From the NCBI RefSeq assembly GCF_964204645.1, contig NC_134030.1, forward strand, positions 15,562,110 to 15,626,109: a stretch of 64,000 bases of DNA, in the 5' to 3' direction. Under the pieces are notes generated by a model that ran no database searches, had not been told where the DNA came from, and was given only the letters and a program-made list of their open reading frames with translations. This document shows positions 23,755 to 36,814 of this stretch, one piece after another. The position numbers and the translations under genes are program-made. How positions within the stretch are numbered: position 1 is the stretch's first letter; the number at the start of each line of letters is the position of its first letter. Origin of the DNA: Tubulanus polymorphus. Lineage: Eukaryota; Animalia; Nemertea.

Positions 23755-26700
23755 TTAACACGTTAGAATTCTTTTCATTATCTCGTTCTCTTTTGTTTCT
23801 TCTCTTTTAAATTTTAAGTATTCATCTAAATTACATCCATAAGCAACTGTATGAATTCCATCATCTAAAATATATCTTTTATCATCAAATGGGTTTAGAC
23901 TTATCTTTTCAATTTCTTCAATAAACATTTCATGATCTTCAGATCTTAAACATCTCATTTTATGTTTTCTAACTTCTTCATTGAATATACAATTGATGTA
24001 ATCTTTGAAATGAATATTCTTTTCTACCACATTTTTGGTTTTTCCTTTTAACTTTTTAGCTTCATGTTCTTTAGTTTTATATGAATACATTTTAGATCTA
24101 ATACCAATGAATTCAATCATTTCTTCGCCACCTAATTCATCTTTGAATTTACCGGGAACTTTTTTATTATCATTGCTAAAAAATTCATGATCTTTAGGAT
24201 AGTTACTAAAATCAAAATGATGTTTTAATGTTTTTAAATCATCTGTTATGTTATCAGTTTTTATCTTTAATATGTAACTGTCAGTATCAAAATATAATAT
24301 TTCTATATGTTTTTCTCCAAAAAGTAGTTGTAATATATTATAATAGAATTCATACATTAGTAATTTTGATAATTCTAAAACTGATGCGCCAACATAGATT
24401 GGTTTATTAAATTTCATTGATGTTCTTCTCATTTTAACTGCAGCTAAATTTTCATCAAATATCCTGTTACCTATAAATTTAGGATATGATTGTAAATGTC
24501 TAATTCTTTTACCATTACTAACTAACTCAATATCATTTCTATTTCTAATATTTTCACAAGTCTTACCATAGAATGCATTGTTCATTAACTTGAAGAAATC
24601 TTTTTCGAAATCAGTTTTAGCTTCAGTTCTCTGTTTGGTGTTAAAATCTATATATTTTTCTAACCATTTAGATTGACTAAATGAAATATATCTATGTACT
24701 TTTTTTAGAACCATTCCTTGATTCAAATAAAACTTTAACATTCTATAATGTACTACATAATTATATTTATCTTTTTGAGTTACCATTAACTTTTCTGTAT
24801 GAATATGATTTTCGGGTTTAATTCTTTTTTGGTAATTTGATAATTCTTCATGAGTTACAGTTTTATGTTCGGGACAGTATGCTAGATTTCTAGATTTAAA
24901 TTTTTTATCTTCAGGATATTCTAAATCTACAACAAAGAAGTAACCAGTATCTGAATCATCTGCAATATCTAGAATTCTTTTCTTCCAATCAAATTTATCA
25001 TTATTTTCATTCTGTAAAACTTCAGTTAATTCAAATACTCCATAAGGTTGTGGTTCCATCATTGCCCAACCATACAAATTATTTGCATCTATATATAATA
25101 ACTTATATCCAGGGTTATCATTTACATTGAAATATCTATCCCCTAATACACCTGAAACACCTCCTCTTATAGATTTTTCAAATAATAGTAATTGATCTAT
25201 ATTTGTTAACAAATCCATTTTTATATCCGTAAATTTTAATCCACAATCCCATGTTAAACCTGGTGATGAATAACAATGACATGGATCAATATTAAAATAT
25301 TTTAGGTTAACATCTCTAAACCTTTCGAATATATCGGTTAATAATAATACATCTGATTTTAGAAATCTACTTATTGTCCATGATTTGTTATTTTAAAATG
25401 ATTCCAAATGTTCAATGTTCTGTTATAGACTTCATCTTTAACATATTCATTTTTTAATTCATCATAGAATTGTTCTTTTAATAATTCAGTTATGTTAAAA
25501 TCATTATGATTTTTATAGAAAGAATATGGAATTGCTCCTTTATATCTCATTAATTGGAAATCATCATTATTTGGGTAGTGTTGTTTTAATATTTTCAATT
25601 CATCATCAACTAATGATTTTGATAAGTTATCTAATGAACTATTTAAAAATCTATATGAATCTATAAATCTTAGACAACCAAATTGGAATGATATATAATT
25701 CTCAGATGTTTTAGCTAACATTCTAAATTTATAAGTTGGTATTTTATCTTTTGATCTATTTGAATTTAATCTTTCTATTTCGTTATTAATTTCTTCTATT
25801 TTATGGCATAACTGTTTGATGAATAAATGTGCATCATATCCTGATAGATTATGAAATATAACTGGTACAAAATTAATTTTCTTAGCTTGTAAGTTACAAT
25901 TCTCATGTGCAGCGCCTCTAAACTTTCCGTTCAAATGATCATGGTCTCTTACTTTTTTATCTTTATAATTAAATATCTTTTCACAATAATAACATTTATC
26001 TGCAAACGCAAATGCTTCTTTATCTTCTTCTGTCATTATAATTTCTATATTTGTATTCAATAATTTACTAAATCTTATTTCATATTCAATTAATAAGTCA
26101 CAAAAATGATTGATAACATTTTCAATTCTGTAATTATAATATTCACTTTCAATTAGTTCTGGATAATCAGATTTAATATATAACCCGAAAGCAGCAGCTG
26201 ATTGATGAATCTTTTTAATAGTATTTGTTTTTGGTGGTTCATCTGAAAAATCATTTTCATTAGAATTTAATTTCTTTCTTTTATAATATATTTCTTTTCT
26301 ATCTTGATCAGTTAGTTCTTTATTTAATGATTCAAAATCTCCATATATAACAAATGGATCTTCATTTTTGTAATCATATTTTTTGAATTCTAATATTTTA
26401 TCTTTTTCATTTGGTAAAACTAATTTACAATAATCATGATTTTCACATAATTGTTTATGATTCAATAATGTACTTTCATTACTGAATCTATGTAAACATT
26501 TTCTACAAAGATATATTTTATTATGGTGATCACTTTCCGTTCTAAAGAATAAATCTATTTGTTTAATCCACATATAATGATTCTCATAATATAATATATC
26601 TATAACATCATTTGAATCATAATCTTTTGATAGATATAAAGGTTCTAATGTATAATGTTTTATATTGTTACCTTTTGTATTTGGTAATTTGATTAAATCA

Positions 26701-27785
26701 AATACGTTTATTCTTAAATTATTATCTCTTTCTATTTTTGGGATGTTTTTGATTATAACAGGATACTTATCTATCTTATAATTATTTTCAAATGGTTTAT
26801 AATGAGTTAATCTACAAATATTATAAGTTGCAGGATGTAAACAACTTATTATAGCCCATAGAAAACATTTATCATCTTCATTTTGTACATTTATTACAGC
26901 TTTAGTTTTAAATGGTAGTTTAATATAACTCGATGCTTCAATATCTGGTTCTTTATGATATGATACATTATTTTCATCAATTGGTTTTGATTTAGTTAAC
27001 TTATTACATTTTGTGTTATAAACATGTAAAGTCATAAATATTATTTCATCAAATATTAAACCAGATCCTTCAAAAAATTTCTCTTCTATTTTAGTTTTTA
27101 CTTCATTATAACATTTATCTAATTTATCATCTATATGTTGTTTTGAAATAATATGTTGTGAATGAGAATTTATATTATATATTGGTTTATCTTCAGATTT
27201 TATGAATTTAACTTTTGATGAAATACTTATTTTAGGATATTCAACATCAGTTATTATTTTTATTATTTCTTTCATATTTTCTAAATGTTTTTTATTTTCT
27301 TCTAATGTTTTTCCTTTATGAAATTTAAACTCGATAGCTGCTGGGCCAATATCACTTTTAAATGCTTCGGTTATCTCTATATCTTTTTTATTATCTAATG
27401 AATTAATATATTTTCTTACATCTTCCATGTATGGTCTTTTATTGTTTAATTTATTTTGTATGCTTTTAATTGTCTTCTGTTTCTTATCATTATCTTTATC
27501 AAAATAATCTTCACCTAAAATATCATTATTCATATTTCTAATATGACTTATAGATTTTAAATGTTCTTTATAATATCTTTTATCACTGAATGATTGATTA
27601 CATGTATCACATTTATATGTTTCTTTTTCATTCTTTAATTCATCTAATTTAGTTTCTAATATATCATCTTCATATTCTAGTTTCAATTTATTGTCTAAAT
27701 GTGTTTTAGTTTTATTGTGTCTTGCTTTTTGGGATTTATCTATATTGATATTACATGTTGGACAGTAGTACTTATTTGTTTCCAT
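23755..27785 (-). pseudogene. polB: Protein-primed family B DNA polymerase (pPolB) with ZnF, OTU-like and EndoVII/HNH inserts; disrupted near 25371
   Basis: ExoI YGDFES, ExoII FHNLSGYD, motif A YIDANNLYGWAM, motif B KLMNNAFYGK, motif C YFDTDS; KVRDHDHLNGKFRGAAHENCNL. Confidence 0.95.
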
Positions 27786-28053
27786 TTTAATATCAAATTT
27801 TTTATTAAAATTGATTTTAGAAGTTAATCATTTATATTTAATTCATATATATGAATATTTTAAGAGTAATAGGGATAATAGGCTTTCAGGTTAAAGGTTG
27901 AAGGGGCGAGTGAGTAAAAAATGAAAATAATAATAATTTACAGTTGAATTAGGAGTGTGCGCGACTAATTCAACTGTAAATTATTATCATTTTCATTTTT
28001 TTACGAGCTCGACCCTTCGACCTTTGATCTGAAAGCCTATTATCCCTATTACT
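27521..28053 (-). repeat. Right TIR of element A (hairpin 27865-28053)
   Basis: Inverted copy of 12588-13120. Confidence 0.93.
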
Positions 28054-28350
28054 TATACAAAACCAAAATAATGAATTGTCGCGGGCGACAAAACAAAAAA
28101 GAAGAATTGTCGCGGGCGACAAAACCAAAATAATGAATTGTCGCTGGCGATAAAACCAAAGTAGTGAATTGTCGTGGGCGATAAAACCAAAATATTGAAT
28201 TTTCGCGGGCGACAAAACCAAAATAATGAATTGTCGCAAGCGATAAAAGCAAAATAATGAATTGTCGCGGGCTATAAAACCAAAATATTGAATTCTCGCG
28301 TGTGACAAAATCAAAATCATTGTTTTCTCGCGTTATTTTAGTTTTGTCGT
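28054..28350. repeat. End of the 31-bp satellite array, closed by an inverted partial unit
   Basis: Tandem units resume after element A; TTATTTTAGTTTTGTCG at ~28333-28349 is an inverted unit. Confidence 0.85.
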
Positions 28351-28843
28351 CATGTCGCCCTCATTTGCATAATCTTATCAGCCACCATACTAAAGCCTTA
28401 AGGTCGCGTAAAACTCGATAAACACTTCAAGCGACACAGCGAACGATCTCCTTTCCCCCACAGCGAACGCTTACTCCGAATGTCAAGTGTGAGTCCAGCA
28501 TACGGATAGGAGTGTGTTATATACTTGTATTTAGTAAATACCTTGTGCATTTGACAATGATCGGTATGTACTGTAGGAAATATAGAGTATTGATATAGAG
28601 GCCCGCGGCCGAATAAAGTAATATATTCTTTTATTTTGATACCTCGTCGACATAACAGCTTTTCTCCGCTATATCTCTTCGGCGTGTTTAGTTTAGGCCT
28701 ACGACTCCCCGGTACACTAAAGATTTATCTTAGTAAATACACGGTTAATTCGGTAAAGAAAAAGAGGTATTGTTAAACTAACTCCTTGAAACCCGCAGCC
28801 AAATCACTGGTAGTAATAAATTAATTTGTACTCGATTCGATTC

Positions 28844-29356
28844 TCATGATGAGGAGAAACTCGCAGCTGATCCCCGGAACGACGATGTAGTAACACACGT
28901 CGATTCGTCGATGTTTACGGCTCGACAGTGCTTTTAAAATCTAAAGTAGTAAATTTCCAGTGTATCGGTAATATGATCTGATGAGGAAAGTGGGCTATTG
29001 TTAAAATCACTGTTTGAAGACCGCGACTGAATGTGAAGTCTGCGGCAATAAATTAGTTCATTTATACTTGAATTGATAATCGAAGTGACAGTCGGCCTGC
29101 GGGTTGATTTCGGGATGACGACTCGAAAAACATGTCGCCCCTGTGAATGGGGCTAAATTTTCGATGTTTACGGCCCGACAGTGCTTTTGTAACGATGATT
29201 CGTGAAAAAAAACGCGGGCTATAACAGAAATAACAGAAAACCCTAATAAGAAACACGCGAATCTCAATAGGGTTTTCTGTGATGTAACAGAAAACCCTAA
29301 TAAGAAACATGCGAATCTCAATGGGGTTTTCTGTGATGTAACAGAAAACCCTAATT
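28844..29356 (+). repeat. Dispersed repeat (copy of 7342-7720) followed by a 54-bp palindromic tandem repeat
   Basis: Identity to 7342-7720; AACAGAAAACCCTAATAAGAAACACGCGAATCTCAATAGGGTTTTCTGTGATGT in about 2.3 copies. Confidence 0.8.
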
Positions 29357-29389
29357 ATTCCATCAACATTTAACACACAAGAAAAGAAA

Positions 29390-29764
29390 ATGTATTTATA
29401 TTTATTATTTAACGATTATTATAAAAAACCTAAATTAACAGAAAAAGATATGGAAAATATAAAATACATATTTAAACAAATATTAAGATATTATGTGGAT
29501 AATAGAATAACAGATTCAATTAATTATGAATTCTTTTTAAATAAGATTGTAAATTATTTAAACATCGATATTATAATTCCATTTGATGAATTAACAAACA
29601 AAAAGAAACAAAGAGAGCGAGATGAAATATGGTACAAGATAGAACTTTATTTAAATGAGAAAAATGAAATGGAAGAACCTAAACAAATTATACAAGAACA
29701 ATTAAATAAAAAAGAAGAAACCAATAGTGATTTCGAGTTTGATGACATTGATTTTATGTCTTAA
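29390..29764 (+). CDS. 124-aa hypothetical AT-rich ORF, convergent with pPolB-B (stops overlap on TTAA)
   Basis: Open frame with element-like codon usage and acidic tail. Confidence 0.45.
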   Translation: MYLYLLFNDYYKKPKLTEKDMENIKYIFKQILRYYVDNRITDSINYEFFLNKIVNYLNIDIIIPFDELTNKKKQRERDEIWYKIELYLNEKNEMEEPKQIIQEQLNKKEETNSDFEFDDIDFMS

Positions 29765-32700
29765 TAACCATAAGGTAATGTTTTTATACCATCATCTAAA
29801 ATATGCCTTTTATCATCAAATGGATTCAAACTAGTTTTTTCAACTTCATTAATGTACATCTCGTGATCTTTTGATCTTAAACAATTCATTTTATGTTTCA
29901 TTACAATTGAGTTGTATAAACACTGAATATAATCTTGAAATTCTATATGTTTATCAACCACATTTTTTGTTATTCCTTTTAACTTTTTAGCTTCATGATC
30001 TTTTGTTCTGTAACTATACATTTTACTTCTTATCCCAACAAATTCAATCATTTCATCACCCCCTAATTCATCTTTAAATTTACCAGGAATCTTTTTATTA
30101 TCATTGCTAAATAGTTCGTGATCTTTAGGATAATTGCTAAAATCAAAATGATGTTTTAATGTTTTTAAGTCTTTTGTTATGTCATTTGTCTTGATTTTTA
30201 GTATGTAACGGTAAGTATTTTTGGCTATTAATGGAAATCCACAGTTAAATGTGCCATCTTCAGTTGATAAATCATAAACATAATCTGTTGGGTTACATAT
30301 TTCAAATAAATCTTTAACTTCTTCAGTTAAATCTTTTTCTGTATGCCTTAAATTAAAACAATTTGGCTTAGATTTAATTAATTCTATATTCATATTAAAT
30401 CCTAATGAACTGCATAATATATTCAATCCTGATATAGCAACTTTTCCTTTTTGTGCAAAGGTTATCTTTTTATACTTAATAAATTTTTTAGTACCATCTG
30501 CTGCGTAGAATCCAATGAAGAACCATTTTCTTAAATTATCTTTTGCATTTAATACATAATCTGGAACTATCTTTTCTTTTGTTGAAGTATTACTTTTCAC
30601 TATTGCATGAATATAGAATTCATCATTATATTTTATAGCAAAATCTTTAGGATTATTTACAAGTAATCTATAAACTGCTGATGATTTCATAACATCCATG
30701 ATTCTAAATGTTTTTTGTGAATAAACTTCTTCACAAAATTTCTTAATTCTTTCTAATAATTTCAAGTCTTGATTGCATAAATACCAACAATATTTATTAC
30801 CCCAAACGTAATTATACACACCTGCTGAACCATCACCCATGAAAAATCCTTTGATAAAATATTCTTTTTCTTCTAATGTTTCAGGTTCTATATTATAAAT
30901 ATTATCAATAATTTCGTCGAATGACATATGATTCATTCTTTGGAAAAATCTTTTATGTAATAATTTATCTCCAATTTTTATATCAGTTGGTTTTATTTCA
31001 TCACCATTTCGTTTAATTAAACTATGATCTTCTGTATCATCTACAAACCCTAATTTAGTTCTAACTCTATAGATTTTCTTATTTGTTTTATGCCTAATAA
31101 TATTCTTTAATTTTTTCCATCCATTTCTTGTCCAAACATCCATTAGACCATTTATTTGTATTAATTCTTTTTCACCATACGAAATATATAGTTCGTTTTG
31201 TTTTGGAATTATTTCTGAAATTCTTCTTATCAATATTTTATTATTACATTTTTAATAATATTGGGGTGTCAGCTGTTACAGAATCAAAATATAATATTTC
31301 AATATGCTTTTCCCCAAAAATTGGTTGTAAAACATTATAATAAAAATCATACATTAATAATTTTGTTACTTCTAAAACAGTTGAACCAATGAATATAGGT
31401 TTATTAAATTTCATTGACGTTCTTTTTAATTTAACTGCTGTTAAATAATCTTAAATAATCGTAAATCTTTTATTTCCTAGGTGTCTAGGACTTGAATGTA
31501 GGTGTCTTAATCTTTCAGAATTATTTACTAATTCAATATCATTTCTATTTCTAATATGTTCACATGTTTTACCATAAAAACTATTATTCATTAATTTGAA
31601 GAAATCTTTTTCAAATCTGTTTTTGATATGGTTCTCTGTTGAGTATTGAAATCTATATATTTTTCTAACCACTTCGATTGATTAAATTCAATATATCTAT
31701 GTACTTTCTTTAATTTCATTCCTTGTTTTAGATAAAATTTTAACATTCTATAATGAACGATATAATTGTATTTATTATTTTGAGTTAGTATTAATTTTTC
31801 TGTAAAAACACGATCTTTCGGTTTTATTTTCTTCTGGTATTCACTTAAATAACTATCATCTACGGTTAAATGTTCTGGGCAATAAGGTAAGTTTCTTGTT
31901 TTAAACTTTATATTTTCAGGATATTCTAAATCAACTACAAAGAAATAACCAATTGGTGTTTCATCTTTTAAACTCGTAATTGCGCTTTCCCAATCAGTTT
32001 TATCGCCATTTTCAACTTCTGTTAATATAAAATGTTTGTATGGTTGAGGTTGCATCATTGCCCAACCATATAAATTATTGGCGTCAATATATAATAATTT
32101 ATATTCATCATTTGCTTTAAAATATCTATCTCCCATAACACCACTAATTCCACCTCTAATTGATTTTTCAAATACTAAAACCATGTCTGGTTCTTTTAAT
32201 AAATCTAATTCTACATTTGTGTATTTTAAACCACATTGCCAGGTTAAACCAGGACTAGAGTAGCAATAACAAGGATCAACATTAAAATGATTCAAATTAA
32301 CTTCTCTAAATTTTTCAAATATGTCAGCCAATATCATAACATCTGATTTTAAATATAAATCAACTAATTCACCATGATTTTTCATCTTAAAATGGTTCCA
32401 AATATTTAATCTTCTATTAAACACTTCATCTTTCACATACTCCTCTTTTAATTGATCATAAAATTGATCTTTTAATAATTCTGTTACATTAAAATCATTG
32501 TGTGTTTTATAAAATGAATAAGGAATTGCACCTTTATATCTCAATAATTTAAAATCTTGTTCATTTGAATAATAATATCGAGTTATAACAAAATCATTGT
32601 CAACTAAACTTTTTGCTAAATTATCTAATGAACTTGCTAGAAATCTATAAGAATCTAAAAATCTAATGCAACCAAATTGAAATGAAATATAATTTTCGGA

Positions 32701-34839
32701 TGTCTTAGCTAATATTTTTAAATCATATTTTCTTACATTTGTACTATTCATAGCATTATATTCTTCTATTTCTTGATTAATTGAGCCCAATTTTCCTGAT
32801 AATTGTTTTATAAATAGATGAGTATCATAGCCCGATAAATTGTATGAAATATCATTGGTACGAAATTAACTTTTTTAGCTTGTAAATTGCAATCTTCATG
32901 AGCAGCTCCGCGGTATTTTGAATTTAAATGATCATGATCTCTAACTTTTTTATCAAATGAATAAAAACGTTTTTCACAATAACAACAATGAGTTGCATAA
33001 TTAAAATCAATTTCATCTTCTTTTGTCATAACTATTCTTTTATTTTTGTTTAATAATTCTGCAAAATCACTTTCTAATTCAATTATTTTGTTACAAAAAT
33101 TATTAACTACGTCTTCACCTCTAAAAGAAATATATTGACTTTCATATAATTCAGGATAATTTGATTTTATATAAATTCCGTAAGCAGCAGCTCTTTGATG
33201 AACTTTTTTAATTGTATTTATAATTGGCGGGTCTTGTATTGTGTCTTCATTTAATTCATTTCCTTTATCCATTGATTTTAATAATTGCTTTTTGTTATAT
33301 ATTTCTGTTCTATCTTGATCAGTTAATTCTTTATTCAACGATTCAAAATCCCCATAAATTACAAATGGAACAATATTCTTAAATTTATGATTATTAAATT
33401 TCAATTTATAATCTTTTTCTGTTGGTATTATTGATTTACAAAAATCTTTATTATCACATAATTCTTTATGTTTTAATAATGTATTCTCAGTCATAAATTT
33501 AGATAAACATTTTCTACGATAAATTTTAAGATGATGATCACTTTCTGTTCTAAAGAATAAATCAATTTGTTTTAACCACATATAATGTTCATTTTCATCT
33601 TTTTTTGTAACATAAAAAATCTATAGCATTTTCATCATCATAATATTCTGTTAAATATAAAGCTTCCAATGTATAATCTTTAATATTTTCACCTTTTGTC
33701 TTTGGTAATTGCATTAATTCGAATACATTTATTTTTCAATTATTAACTTTTTCTATTTTAGGAATCATTATTATAGTTACTGGATATTGATCAATTTTAT
33801 ATAATGTTTCATATTTCCGGTAATTTGTTATTCTAAAACTATGTGTAATATCTTCTGTTGGATGTAAACAAGTAATAATTGTCCATAGAAAACATTTATT
33901 ATCTTCATTTTGATCATTTATTACTGCTTTTGTTGTAAATGGCAATTTAATATAACTTGATGCTTTAATATCCTTTTCTGTTGTAAAGTTGGAATCATTT
34001 TTAAACATTTTATTACTTTTTGATGTTTTATTTCTTTTTGTATTATAAACATTTAAATCTAAATATATAATTTCATTTAATGATAAGCTAGAACCTTCAA
34101 AATATCTTTCTTCAATATGACGTTTAAATTCATTAAATATTTTTTCTAACTTCTCTTTTATTTGTGTTTTTGAAATTATTTCTTCAGAGTGTGTTTGAAT
34201 ATTATAATCCATTTTATCTTCTGACTTTAAAAATCTTACTTTCCCAGAGATACTAATTTTTGGATATTCAACATCTGTTATCAAATCTAGTATTTTTTCT
34301 ATTATTTCATTAAATTTACTATAATCTTCTATTGTTGTACCTTTAAAAAATCTAAATATAATAGCTGCAGGACCAATTTTACTACGTAATGTTTCTAATA
34401 TTTCAATTGTATCTTTTATTTCTAGTGAATCGATATAATTTCTAACATTTTCCATGTAAGGTTTATTTGAAATGGATTTAGTTTTTGAAGTTGATTTTTT
34501 TACTTGTTGAGGTTTATCATCAAAATAATCTTTTCCTAAAACATTATTACTCAAATTTTGATGGTGTTTTTGTGATTCGAGATGTCTTTTATAATTCCAT
34601 TTTACTATAAATTCATTACAAACTTCACATTTTATTTCATCCACAATCATATCATCTAATCGTTCTTTTCTTTCATTGGAATTTTCTGGAGTTTCAAAAT
34701 CTATTACATTATTTATATGATTTGCAGATTTTTCGTGTTTAGATTTATTAGATTTATCGATGTATTTTTTACAATATGGACAATAATATTGATTTTTATT
34801 GACATTATTGTTTTCTATATGTTGTTCATTCTCCCCCAT
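29761..34839 (-). pseudogene. polB: pPolB of element B, intein-containing, with several frameshifts
   Basis: ORFs 33736-34839, 32808-33581, 31591-32790, 31451-31672 and 29761-31233 carry the pPolB motifs in order. Confidence 0.93.
30217..31282 (-). mobile_element. Intein with LAGLIDADG homing endonuclease in pPolB motif C (~355 aa, one frameshift near its start)
   Basis: YFD|SVTADTPILL start; block B TEDHSL; LAGLIDADG helices FIKGFFMGDGS and FFIGFYAADGT; block F DYVYDLSTEDGTF; block G LIAKN|T. Confidence 0.92.
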
Positions 34840-36229
34840 TTATTAGGGAAAAAAATTACTTGTGGTGATGAGTGGTGTCTCGTACTCTCGTACTCTGGTA
34901 TGAAACCCACATCTTCCAATTACTGTCAGCGTTGTGATAACCTTTGATCTGTGGTCAGTGGACAGCAGCTACGAAACATTTAAAACTACTACATTATCAT
35001 TCCATCTATATTCATATATATGATATGATATGATATCTTCTTTAATCTTCCGTTTAAAAGTCTTGAACGTAAAAGTTCGATAAGTTTCGCATGTTGGTAC
35101 CGATACGCACGTTCATGCGAGTGAAATGTGCACGTTACAGGCTCAAATGCGCACGTTACAATAACAAATCGAAACGTTGTTCGTTTAAAACCCTACATAA
35201 AAATCTTATGCATTTAGTGAGAAATTTCAAAGTTTCAAAGTTCGCTCGCTACCTACAACAAAAATCGGACAAGACTTTTCAAGCGACAAAGTTAAATGTA
35301 AGAGCTAGTAGTACTAACAAAGGATTCAGGCAATACCCGTGTCATTTCTAAAACATTCAACCGGTAAATAGACAGAACTGATGTAGCTTGTACAGGTAAA
35401 AAGAAGAGTTGTTATATTTACGTTCAGGCCAAATGAAATCATTTGATACCAGACACGACTAAGTTGTTTCCGAAACAGATCCATATAGCTATGTGGTCAG
35501 TATTGGTCAAAAATTGGTCAGTTAAATAGTTGTTTGATCATAGCCCGCACCATATCTAGTCGCTCGACGCCCAAACACGATTTTATGGCTTTACTAAACA
35601 TATAAATTACTTATGGTGGGCTCTGGTTAGCACTGGTAACTGGTCAGTATTGGTGAAGCATTGGTCAGTTAAACAATTTTTAGATTAATGTCCACATCAT
35701 ATCTAGTTATTGACACCAAACAAATATATTGATTGCAAAACAAATAATTTACTATATGGCTAGTACCGGGTACTGGTCATGCATTGGCCAGTTAATAGAC
35801 AAGGTCCACGGCACGAGTTATTTGATACCAAACATGATTGGATTGTGTCGTTTCGAAAATTTATCTGTTGGGCAATTTGACTGTGGTCTGCCCTGGTTCG
35901 TGAGGTTCTTATTTTGCCGGCATTTTATCTCGAACACCGAAAGACTAAATTACTAATTAATTCAACAGATCATTAATCAATGGAAATGAAGATCAGTGTT
36001 TAACTAATAGTCCTTATTCTGAATAAATGTCTCTGGTATGGGTGCTATGGTGCTTGGAATCAGGTCCTTAACTGTACACCGTACTGTATCTTTGTACTGT
36101 ATCTTTTTATTTTCACTACTACCGTAATTGACTATGATGTTTTCAAGTGGTCTTAAGTACCGCTAATAGCCGAAAGTCGTTGATTTATGTGAAATTTACA
36201 TACAGCGCCACCCGTTGGTAGTAAAACTA

Positions 36230-36264
36230 ACCCGAGCAATACGGGTGTTAAATAGATACGCTAG
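36230..36264 (+). mobile_element. Possible Helitron 3' end signature
   Basis: Hairpin ACCCGAGCAATACGGGT followed 14 nt later by CTAG; 5' end not identified. Confidence 0.35.
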
Positions 36265-36814
36265 CAAACCGGCATTCTCATAATGTACATTTATAATTCA
36301 TAGATTATCAGCTGATTTACTGTAATCAATCATTCCTTTGCGATTTTGATATTACTCTAGTAATAGGGATAATAGGCTTTCAAGCCAAAGGTCGAGAGGT
36401 CGAGAAATTTTCCAAATATGAAAATAACAATAATTTCTAGTTGAATTAGTCGCGCACACTCATAATTCAACTAGAAATTATTGTAGTTTTTTCATATTTG
36501 TAAAATTTCTCAACCTCTCAACCTTTAGCTTGAAAGCCTGTTATCCCTATTACTCTTAAAATATTCATATACATGAATAAAATATATATGAATAACATAT
36601 AAAAGTAATAGGAAAAGTGGGGTTTCAGATCAGAGGACGGAGGACGAGCCATTATAAATAGATATATAGATATATTTTTAACATATTTCAATATTTATAT
36701 TTGTATGAGTTAGATTTTTAAACATAAAAAGTGTGAGTAAAGTGTGATTGAAATAATTCATATTTAAATCATTGAACTTCTAAAATCAATTTAAGAAAAA
36801 AATTTAGTATTAAA

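Larger units (their letters stand above)
12588..28053. mobile_element. Maverick/Polinton element A with both TIRs (internally deleted, decaying), inserted in the satellite
   Basis: 5'-AGT...ACT-3' ends and 533-bp TIRs; pPolB, chromodomain integrase, packaging ATPase, MCP and mCP genes; satellite on both sides. Confidence 0.95.
29390..34924 (-). mobile_element. Maverick/Polinton element B (divergent lineage, partial; terminus at 34924, left boundary uncertain)
   Basis: pPolB gene preceded by a terminal motif AGTAATTGGAAGATGTGGGTTTCATACCAGAGTACGAGAGTACGAG (minus strand) resembling the other termini. Confidence 0.8.

Noticed and set aside
27970-29376. ORFs over the TIR/satellite junction and the 54-bp repeat
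   Set aside because: Repeat-derived frames with no conserved protein signal.
34925-36358. ORFs 35091-35351 and 35729-35956 and degenerate ~140-bp repeats
   Set aside because: No recognisable motifs; probably old non-autonomous transposon sequence that cannot be classified from the sequence alone.
36350-36365. TATTACT-CT-AGTAATA micro-palindrome at the left junction of C as a remnant head-to-head concatemer
   Set aside because: Only 7 bp in AT-rich DNA and not seen at the other junctions; compatible with chance.
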